From positions 44,260 through 108,259 of the forward strand of contig QEVF01000011.1 in assembly GCA_003576915.1 (NCBI GenBank): a DNA stretch of 64,000 bases. Reading direction: 5' to 3'. The position numbers were made by a program, and so were the translations under genes. Positions within the stretch are counted from its first letter, which is position 1; every line of letters starts with the position of its first letter. This document shows positions 50,778 to 57,820 of the stretch, piece after piece. A model generated the notes under the pieces. That model ran no database searches. It was given only the letters and a program-made list of their open reading frames with translations, and was not told where the DNA came from. This DNA is from Planctomycetota bacterium (GTDB lineage: Bacteria > Planctomycetota > UBA8742 > UBA2392).

Positions 50778-51982
50778 GTGTTGGGGGCATTATCTTCGTC
50801 GTACATCTTCCGCATTACTTCAACCAACGCGTCGTGGGCAACCTCACTTGCAGCTCGCGTCCATGCGTTGCTATGAGGTCCCGATTCGTCTACGCGCCAC
50901 CAATCCGATTCGCAGAGTACTTTCTCGGCAATCTGGAGACGACGCATGAGTTTGTCAGGTTCAGTTGCACCAAACTCCTTTGTCAATACCTTCCACAGAG
51001 CAACCAGAAACACTTGGGCGGCGATCACAGAGTGCTCGCGCGGAGCCCACACAGTGGGCTTCGCATCGCCCTCGTGAAAAACTGCATTTCGAAGCTCGTA
51101 AAGATCGACAAACCAGTTCCATAAGACCGGCTGGTCACGTCGCTTCTGGAGGTGTGGCAGGAGCCGGCGTTTGACCACGGCCCCAAACCTGTTTCTTTCG
51201 GCGGGAAGATCGAGTAACCAGTCCAGACGATCTGCGAGGATTTCTTTCTTGGCGAAATCCCCCTTTTTCCGCTGCCGAGGGTTCTCTGGTGTTGTGGCTT
51301 TTAGAAGTACCTCTATTGCGCGCAGCGCCATTGCTGCCTCCTCGTGGTCCAACGTCCAATCGTCGTCCACGTAAGAAAGGAGAAAGCAGTGGATTGCGTT
51401 GAGGACTCCCAGCTTTTTGGGGTCACTTTCGGGCATTGCAACGGCCTGCAACGAATCCAGCAACTTCTTGTTCACCTGAATGTCGCTAAGACCGTGCGCC
51501 CAAGAGGGACAGCTAAACCTGACCTTGTTCGAATCATACCCCATGTCATCGTGATCGAAGTATTTTCGCCGAAAGGTAAATGCGAACCAAGGTTGGGCTA
51601 TGTCAACTCCTTCTTGGAAGTATGGTCTGAAGATGGCGTAGTTCGCATAGCCAATCAACGACGCGCGCTCCTCGTTGTCTGCAATCGCCGATACGGCCAC
51701 AAGGCGGCATGCTCGGAGTATTGCCTGTTTGACGTTTGCGTCGGGTTCGAGCCAAATGGGTGCACCGTTGTGGCAAACTACGGTGAGGTGTCCCCGCGAA
51801 TCACCTTTGATTGAGACATGTTGATCCATCAGCGTTCGAACATGGTCGGTTATCAACTTGTCCCAACCTTCGTTGGCGAGCGAATCACGGCGAACTGTTC
51901 TAAGCTCGATCGCCCCTACATGCGCAGGCTCGCAAAGATCAAGCCATGGAAGGAATGCAAAGAGCACGCGATGGTTTTTCAT
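50774..51982 (-). CDS. HEPN-motif protein (Abi/ApeA-like architecture: unknown N-terminal domain + C-terminal Rx4H helical domain)
   Basis: 402-aa ORF. Its TGA overlaps the rtcB ATG (ATGA 50774-50777). C-terminus ..LDHEEAAMALRAIEVLL..FVDLYELRNAVFHEGD..VIAAQVFLVALWKVL. Visibly lower GC and A/T-ending codons compared with neighbours. Confidence 0.65.
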   Translation of the reverse strand: MKNHRVLFAFLPWLDLCEPAHVGAIELRTVRRDSLANEGWDKLITDHVRTLMDQHVSIKGDSRGHLTVVCHNGAPIWLEPDANVKQAILRACRLVAVSAIADNEERASLIGYANYAIFRPYFQEGVDIAQPWFAFTFRRKYFDHDDMGYDSNKVRFSCPSWAHGLSDIQVNKKLLDSLQAVAMPESDPKKLGVLNAIHCFLLSYVDDDWTLDHEEAAMALRAIEVLLKATTPENPRQRKKGDFAKKEILADRLDWLLDLPAERNRFGAVVKRRLLPHLQKRRDQPVLWNWFVDLYELRNAVFHEGDAKPTVWAPREHSVIAAQVFLVALWKVLTKEFGATEPDKLMRRLQIAEKVLCESDWWRVDESGPHSNAWTRAASEVAHDALVEVMRKMYDEDNAPNT

Positions 51983-52234
51983 GTTTTCGAGCCCCGCAAA
52001 GGTGTTGGCCAGCTTCCGCTACAACAGTTTTAGTCGGGGCCGGTTGCGAAGTCTCATACTTCGCCAAACGCCAGGCAGGCGTGACCGGTTTTCTGGGGGG
52101 ATGGTCCGGTCCCGGCCCCAACTGTGGTCCACGTCGTTCTACCTCCGGGGCACGGCCAGCCGCGCCCCACAAGGCCGGCGCCGCCTTCGGGGTGGAAGAG
52201 GGGGGACACCCCGCGCGGCGCCGGCCGCGCAGCT

Positions 52235-52426
52235 TCAAGCCGCAACGGCCATCAGCGTTTCAGTTTCGGGTTCGGCGTCGGAATCGATGACTTCGTCGGG
52301 CCAGTAGCTGCAATCGACGTAGCCCTGCGGCGCCCAGCCGGGCAACGCGGACTTCGGCTCGCGCAGATACTCGTGACGCTGCGGCTCCCGGATGGGGAGC
52401 GGTTTGATCTGAATTCTGTGTTTCAT
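52235..52426 (-). CDS. Small acidic hypothetical protein (63 aa)
   Basis: ATG at 52426 is preceded by aagagg with a 6-nt spacer. High GC3. MKHRIQIKPLPIREPQRHEYL..DEVIDSDAEPETETLMAVAA. No family recognised. Confidence 0.4.
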   Translation of the reverse strand: MKHRIQIKPLPIREPQRHEYLREPKSALPGWAPQGYVDCSYWPDEVIDSDAEPETETLMAVAA

Positions 52427-52475
52427 GACGCGCCTCTTTTCTGGCCAGCGCACGGGCTGGCCGAGGCGCTGGGGA

Positions 52476-52739
52476 CTACGAGTGAACCGGTGAACTCAGG
52501 ACTTCAGACGTGGAACGGGCCGACGCGAAATCTCGCGTGATCTGCGTTTGCGACGCCGGCCTGCCGGTTCGATGACCGCACGAATTCACACGCCGCATCA
52601 GGCGTGCGCCGCGCAGCGACTTCGCGCGTTCGTGGTGGGCCAAGTGATTCCGTTGAGCGTCGCCGAGCATGTCGGCAGCCTTTTCAAAATTGTCCCGCCT
52701 CAGGGCGGTCCACGTTCCAATCAAGTAACAATTCTTCAC
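52476..52739 (-). pseudogene. Possible remnant of an Abi2/HEPN-type gene (RNxxAHH motif)
   Basis: GTG-initiated 87-codon ORF directly after an in-frame TAA. Reads ..FEKAADMLGDAQRNHLAHHERAKSL.. and then degenerates into an Arg/Ser-rich sequence. Low-GC 5' part. Confidence 0.3.
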
Positions 52740-52877
52740 TTACAACCCCGTCTGGGGCCCGCTAAAAGCGAATGCCGTGCCAAAAATCAGTATCGCCCCA
52801 GAACCCGCTTCCCAAGCGGGTCGCGAATTCCAGGGCGCTACTCAGATGTAACAGAATATCACTTCACCGCCCGCCCA

Positions 52878-54692
52878 TCAGTCCAGGGCGTGCCAGTTCA
52901 CGTATCCGATCATCATCTCTTCCCAGGTCTGTTCGCCGAAAAACACATCGGCCTTGGGGTCCGGGTTGGCCGGGTTCTTGTCGCTGTTGTCGTACCAGGC
53001 CGTCACGATGATCTTCGCGCCCTTGGGCAGATCCAGGGGTTCAGCCAGTTCATACAGAAGCTGCCAGTTGAAGTCATAGCGCGGGATCTCAAGGATCGTC
53101 TCGCGCTTTCCGTCGGGCCACAGAACTTCGTAGCGCCAGGCCTTGCCGCGCACGTGGGCGTGTGGGTCGAAACTCAGAATGCGCGCAGCTTGGGGCAGCG
53201 TCCAGGAGGCCGTGATGGCGTGGTTGTCGGCCCCTGCCGGAATACGGAAGAAAGTGTTGGCGATACCCTTGGTATGTACCTCAACGGCGGGAGCGCCCGG
53301 CGCGAAGATCAGGCCCATCTTGGTTCTGTCCTCGGCCTCCACGCCGTTGGCCGTGTAGTGAAGCTGGAACACCAGTGTGGCGCCCTTGGGCAGGAACTTC
53401 GCCTGGCCCTCGGGGAACTGCACGTGGCCCTGGCCGGGCACCATGCCCATGAAATAGCCGTTGAGGCCGCCCATGTCGTTGGGCTGCTCCTTGGCCCTGG
53501 GGTGCTTGCGGGGATACTTCAGAAACACCAGCACATGGTGCACAACCTGGGGCGCCGTGGGGCGAATCTCCATGGCCTGCACCCAGCGGTCCTCCTCAAA
53601 GTTTGTCTCTACGTTCACGTAGCGGTACTTCACTTCACCCTTGGCCGGAATCTTCTGCACCTCGGGAAGCTCCAGCACGGCCTCGGGCTTGCCGATGCGC
53701 CAGCCCTGGGGCCACTTGCGCTCCTGCGCCGCGTCTTTGGCATCGCCTTCAGGCAGGCCATTGTCCAGCCAGGCCAGCAGATCCTCGCGGTCACGCTCGC
53801 TGAGCGAGCGGTCGTTGCGCCACTGGCCGACCTTCTCATCAGCGAACCAGGGCGGCATGGTGCGGTTCTTGACCACTTTCTTGATCATGCCGCGCTGGGC
53901 CTTCACCTGGGCGTAAGTCATCAGCTCAAAGGGACCGTTCTCGCCTTCGCGATGGCACTCCTGGCAGTTGGCCTGAATGATGCGGCTGACGCGGCTGTGC
54001 CAGGTCACGCCCGAGGGGGCCTTGAGTTCGCCCAGCTCCAGCGCGAGGTCGCAGCCGGGGGCCCAGGTCGCCTTGAACATGGGGTCTTCGCCTGCCACGA
54101 CGGAATTGAGGGCGTCGCGCAGGTAGTGGACACGGGGCTTGTCGAGCATGTAGCCAATGCCGTACTGGTCGTCCACGGCGCCGCGATAGCGCAGGGTGCG
54201 GGCGCCGTCGAGAACAAAGGCATCGGTCGTGGTCAGGGCGCGCAGGGCCTTGCCCAGCAGCGCTGTGGGATCCAGCACGTAGCGACCCGCGAAGCCGTAA
54301 TCCTTGACGGCCTTCCGGGCCGACTCGACGGTCTCGCCCTCCGTGACGTTGAGGTAAAGGAATTGGACGCCCTTTTCACCGTAAGCCTTCTCGAACTCAA
54401 CCAGACTCGGCGCGTAGCGCTTGCACAGCGGGCAGGTCGTGTTGGTCGTGAAAACTACGAGCGTCTTGCCGGCGTAGTCCGAGAGCTTGCCGGCCTTGCC
54501 CTGGATGTCCGTGAAAGCAACGTCTTCAATCAGCTCCCCCACGCGATACTGCCGGTGATCCAGAAGGCGCGGCGGCTGGCGAAGTTCCTCGGTCTTTTCG
54601 GGCTCGACCTCCTGGCTGAATGCGGCGGACACGAAGGAAAGCAGGGCGGCGGGCAGCGCGGCCAGAAGAACCAGGCAAAGTCGGCGATTCAT
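52878..54692 (-). CDS. Secreted three-module redox protein: thioredoxin-fold (redoxin) + monohaem cytochrome c + PHM/DBH-like copper monooxygenase domain
   Basis: Start at MNRRLCLVLLAALPAALLSFVSAAFS. TNTTCPLCKR (CxxC), CQECH (haem c). Cu-ligand pattern VVHHVLVF .. QLHYT .. PHAHVRG .. EEMMIGY and YDFNWQ. Confidence 0.75.
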   Translation of the reverse strand: MNRRLCLVLLAALPAALLSFVSAAFSQEVEPEKTEELRQPPRLLDHRQYRVGELIEDVAFTDIQGKAGKLSDYAGKTLVVFTTNTTCPLCKRYAPSLVEFEKAYGEKGVQFLYLNVTEGETVESARKAVKDYGFAGRYVLDPTALLGKALRALTTTDAFVLDGARTLRYRGAVDDQYGIGYMLDKPRVHYLRDALNSVVAGEDPMFKATWAPGCDLALELGELKAPSGVTWHSRVSRIIQANCQECHREGENGPFELMTYAQVKAQRGMIKKVVKNRTMPPWFADEKVGQWRNDRSLSERDREDLLAWLDNGLPEGDAKDAAQERKWPQGWRIGKPEAVLELPEVQKIPAKGEVKYRYVNVETNFEEDRWVQAMEIRPTAPQVVHHVLVFLKYPRKHPRAKEQPNDMGGLNGYFMGMVPGQGHVQFPEGQAKFLPKGATLVFQLHYTANGVEAEDRTKMGLIFAPGAPAVEVHTKGIANTFFRIPAGADNHAITASWTLPQAARILSFDPHAHVRGKAWRYEVLWPDGKRETILEIPRYDFNWQLLYELAEPLDLPKGAKIIVTAWYDNSDKNPANPDPKADVFFGEQTWEEMMIGYVNWHALD

Positions 54693-54806
54693 GAACGGGT
54701 CTCCGGAACTCACTTCAAATGTAAACGATAGTCGGCCCCGGCGCGACGAACTCACGCCCAAATTGGCGCGGGCCGCCGGAGTTCGCCGACGGCCCGCCTG
54801 GTTCAA

Positions 54807-55187
54807 GAGTGGCTCTGTAAGCCGGGTTTTGTGCGCCGGGCGGTAAATCCCGGAGCGGCAATCATTCGTCTAGGCCTGCGGTTGCCCGCAGGCTCCAGCA
54901 GCCTACCCGGGTCTTCAAACGGCGCGAGCCGCGCCGCGCGCCATATGCCGCGCTCGACCCCTATTTGGCCTTGCTCCGGAGGGGGTTTTGCCTGCCGGCC
55001 CTGTCGCCAGGGCTCGCGGTGCGCTCTTACCGCACCTTTTCACCCTTACCCCGATGCGCCGGGGCGGTATGTTTTCTGTGCCACTGTCCCTGGGCTCGCG
55101 CCCGGTTGCCGTTAGCAACCCTCCTGCCCTGTGGAGCCCGGACTTTCCTCCCGCCGCTGATCCGGCCGGCGATTGCCCGAACCACTC
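54807..55187 (-). ncRNA. rnpB: RNase P RNA, bacterial type A
   Basis: Minus strand: 5' gagtggttcggg..ggcgggaggaaagtccgggctccacagggcagg..ggtaagggtgaaaaggtgcggtaagagcgcacc..ggagcaaggccaaatagggg..acaaaacccggcttacagagccactc 3'. P1 pairs gagtgg/ccactc. All universal blocks are present. Confidence 0.92.
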
Positions 55188-55194
55188 GCGCGCG

Positions 55195-55200
55195 ATTATA
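55195..55200 (-). promoter_or_regulatory. Candidate -10 box (TATAAT) for rnpB
   Basis: Minus strand ggcTATAATcgcgcgcGAGTGG: a perfect TATAAT 7-8 nt upstream of the predicted RNase P RNA 5' end. No convincing -35 seen. Confidence 0.5.
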
Positions 55201-55228
55201 GCCCCCGCATCGCGGCGCGGCAGGGGTG

Positions 55229-55260
55229 GGAAAAAGACAGCCCGCCGCAAGCGGCGGGCT
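55229..55260 (-). terminator. Rho-independent terminator of the 55280..56677 gene
   Basis: Minus strand agcccgccgc-tt-gcggcgggct followed by gtctttttcc, 20 nt after the stop codon. Confidence 0.85.
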
Positions 55261-55279
55261 TTTGTGATGGCATGCCGGT

Positions 55280-56677
55280 TCAACGGCGCTGGAAGGCCGG
55301 CACCTGGGGACCGCTGATGTTGCTCTTGCTGCGGTCTTCCTTGAACTTGGTGATGGTGATGCGGTTGCCGACGTCGTTGTACTCGACTTTGTCCACGCAC
55401 TTGGTCATGAGCATGATGCCCAGGCCGCCGAGCTTGCCGGCCTGGCGGCGTTCGCGAACACGGTCCACGGCGCCCTGCTCAGGCTCGATGTAGAGGCGCC
55501 AGTCAAAGCCCTTGCCCTGGTCGGTCACGACGACCGTCAAGCGCTTGGGGTCCAGGTAGTACTCGACGTCAATGAAGCGGTCCTTGCGGTGGCGGTTGCC
55601 GTGCTGCGCCGCGTTGGAGCAGGACTCTCTGAAGGCGGTACACATCTGCACCTGCTGGCCTTCGTTGAGGCCGCTGTCAGCAAACAGGCGCGCGGCAATC
55701 TCGTTGGCGCGGTCAATCCAGCGGTCTTCAGTGGGGAAGCGGAAATAGACTTCCTGCTCGAAGACGGCCTGTTCTTCGGTGGAGCGTTCCAGTTCGCGCT
55801 CGCCCAAAGTGAGCATGTCCTTGACTTCAAAGGGCTGATTGAGCTGGTTGTTGCCCAGGAAGCGGAAGGTCTTGAACCAGTCCTTCTCGCGGCCGGCGGG
55901 CAGCAACTCCATGATGGGAACGAGAGAGGTCTTTTTGTGGGTCTTGGCGTACTCGACGACCTTGTCGGCGTCGGGCATCACGCAATCCACGATGATGAGC
56001 GAAATGGGGTCTTCGATCAGGTATTGCTTGGCCTGGTCGAAGGTGCTGACGACTTCAACGATCCAGCCCGCCTTGCTGAAGTGGTACTCGATGGTCTTGA
56101 TGAAGAAGTCGTTGGGGTCCTTGCAGGCCAGCAGTATCTTGTTGGCGCGGGCGTGCTCAAGCTGCTCCTTGAGCTTGCCTTCGGCCTCAAAGCCGATGTT
56201 CTGACCGGCCAGCGCGTTGAGCAGCTCGGGCTGGGGCGTAAGCTCAATCTTGCGCTTGGTGACGGCAATGGTGCGCATGCCCTGGTGGCCCGTGGCTTCG
56301 GCTGGCACCAGTTGCGCCTTGCGGTCCACCAGCGCCGCGGAAAAGTGGGAGGAGAAGGTCACGCGGTCGTGGCGCATGACCTTGCCGGCCACGACTTCGA
56401 CTACCGCGGCACAGACCTTGTCGAGGTCCGAAGCATTGACGCCACCTTTGGCCGACAGAGCCTGACCGCCGTCGGCGCCCGGAATCTGGGCCTGGCCGCC
56501 CTGCTTGCCGGACACGGAGATCTTGCCGAAGTCGCGCCACACCACCTCTTTGCCCGCCTTGAGACCATCGGTCAGCGCGCCCAGCAGCACGGACAGAACC
56601 TTGTTTACGGTATCGCCAGCGACGCCCGAGGTGCGCGTCACTTCGGAGGCAATCTCCTGCTGGGTCCAGGTCTTCAT
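55280..56677 (-). CDS. Fusion protein: tandem HU/IHF-like N-terminal units + receiver-like domain + RsbW/SpoIIAB-type HATPase (anti-sigma Ser kinase-like)
   Basis: N-terminus MKTWTQQEIASEVTRTSGVAGDTVNKVLSVLLGALTDGLKAGKEVVWRDFGKISV (HU-like). Middle ..ISLIIVDCVMPDADKVV... C-terminus ..SCSNAAQHGN..VVVTDQGKGFD..GGLGIMLMTKCVDKVEY... Confidence 0.7.
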   Translation of the reverse strand: MKTWTQQEIASEVTRTSGVAGDTVNKVLSVLLGALTDGLKAGKEVVWRDFGKISVSGKQGGQAQIPGADGGQALSAKGGVNASDLDKVCAAVVEVVAGKVMRHDRVTFSSHFSAALVDRKAQLVPAEATGHQGMRTIAVTKRKIELTPQPELLNALAGQNIGFEAEGKLKEQLEHARANKILLACKDPNDFFIKTIEYHFSKAGWIVEVVSTFDQAKQYLIEDPISLIIVDCVMPDADKVVEYAKTHKKTSLVPIMELLPAGREKDWFKTFRFLGNNQLNQPFEVKDMLTLGERELERSTEEQAVFEQEVYFRFPTEDRWIDRANEIAARLFADSGLNEGQQVQMCTAFRESCSNAAQHGNRHRKDRFIDVEYYLDPKRLTVVVTDQGKGFDWRLYIEPEQGAVDRVRERRQAGKLGGLGIMLMTKCVDKVEYNDVGNRITITKFKEDRSKSNISGPQVPAFQRR

Positions 56678-56843
56678 AAGGTAGCCCTGAAAGAGGATTT
56701 AGGTTTGCAGTCTAGAACCCGGAGCAGGGTTTTGGACAGGGGTTTTTGAATTTCGGAAAGGCTGTGGAAATCCGGTCCGATCCTGACACTCCCGGGCCAT
56801 GGGAGCCCCGGCCGAAGCCACGAACTCCAAAATCCATGTCGGG

Positions 56844-57611
56844 CTACTGCCCCGCCGTTTCCTTGGCGCGGTCGATGAGCTCGCGATCCGTCAGCAGGCC
56901 CTTGCGCTTGAGGAGTTCCATCACCGCGTCAAAGAGCTCGCCCTCCGTGATCACGCCCTTCTTGATCAACAGGGGAATCACTGCCGCGCGCAACTCGGCG
57001 CGGGTCAGCATGGTCGTGGCAACTTTGGCCCCCGAGGCCTCGATCTTGCGCTTGACGTTCTCAACCAGCGAACTCTCCGTGGCCTCGGCCAGGGCCTTGA
57101 GTGAGCCCGCGCTGGCAGGACGCAGCTTGCCCGCGCTCTTGGGCTTGTCGCCGCCCTTTTCCTCGGCCGAGCGCTCAAGCTGAGCCAGAAACTCCGCAAT
57201 CGCGCGCTTGATCGAGTCCCGCGTGGCGATGGTCGTTTCTATCTTCTTGCCCGTGGCGAACTGCAATTCGTCCAGCGCCTCGTAGTCCGTGGGGTCGCTC
57301 ATGGCCACCGTGACCACGCTGCCCGTCACGTGCACGGGGATGAGTTCGTGCTTCTCGATAATCTGGCGCGGCACCGACTTGAGCAGATCCAGCGGCAGAA
57401 TCTGGTTGGCCAGATCCGTCACTTCCATGCCGTAGTGATGGGCCAGTTCGCGGGTCAGTTGCTCGTCGGAGATGAAGCCCAGCTTCACGACGATGTTGCC
57501 GATTTTTCCGCCCAGTGACTTCTGGTACTCGATGGCGGTCTGGAGCTGTTCCTTGGTCAGGAGTTTCTTCTTGAGCAGCAATTCGCCAAGTTTCAGGCGT
57601 TCAAATGCCAT
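56844..57611 (-). CDS. Stand-alone MshEN + T2SSE_N domain protein (secretion-ATPase N-terminal half without ATPase)
   Basis: Start at ATG 57611: MAFERLKLGELLLKKKLLTKEQLQTAIEYQ-KSLGG-KIGNIVVKLGFISDEQLTRELAHH. Then ..ILPLDLLKSVPRQIIEKHELIPVH..VTVAMSDPTDYEALDELQFATG... No Walker motifs. Confidence 0.8.
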   Translation of the reverse strand: MAFERLKLGELLLKKKLLTKEQLQTAIEYQKSLGGKIGNIVVKLGFISDEQLTRELAHHYGMEVTDLANQILPLDLLKSVPRQIIEKHELIPVHVTGSVVTVAMSDPTDYEALDELQFATGKKIETTIATRDSIKRAIAEFLAQLERSAEEKGGDKPKSAGKLRPASAGSLKALAEATESSLVENVKRKIEASGAKVATTMLTRAELRAAVIPLLIKKGVITEGELFDAVMELLKRKGLLTDRELIDRAKETAGQ

Positions 57612-57820
57612 GGTTGCCCCCGGTTCGTGTCTGGCGCCCCCAAGCTTGGGCGCCAAGTGCGAAATCTCGCACTTCAGCACGTCGCGCAGCGGGGGAAGGG
57701 CGACGTTAGCAGGGCAGTCCCGCAGCGTCAACGTCGTTTGAACCGGCCTGTAAGGCCCATCGGGGCCAGTTGGCCCGCGCGTGCTCTACCCTTGGTCGCG
57801 CCCCTTGCTTCAATGGCGAC

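Noticed and set aside
52040-52234. Considered whether the GC-rich ~190-bp spacer upstream of the HEPN gene is a Y-RNA/tRNA-like ncRNA, as found next to rtcB in some enterobacteria.
   Set aside because: I could fold only short isolated hairpins. I saw no tRNA-like T-arm/acceptor mimic, and no Ro (TROVE) gene is nearby. It is left as unexplained non-coding sequence rather than called.
54831-55400. ORFs 54831..55115(+), 54915..55400(-), 54965..55201(+) and 54988..55317(+).
   Set aside because: They overlap the RNase P RNA gene and its flanking terminator. The translations are Pro/Arg/Ala-rich with no motifs.
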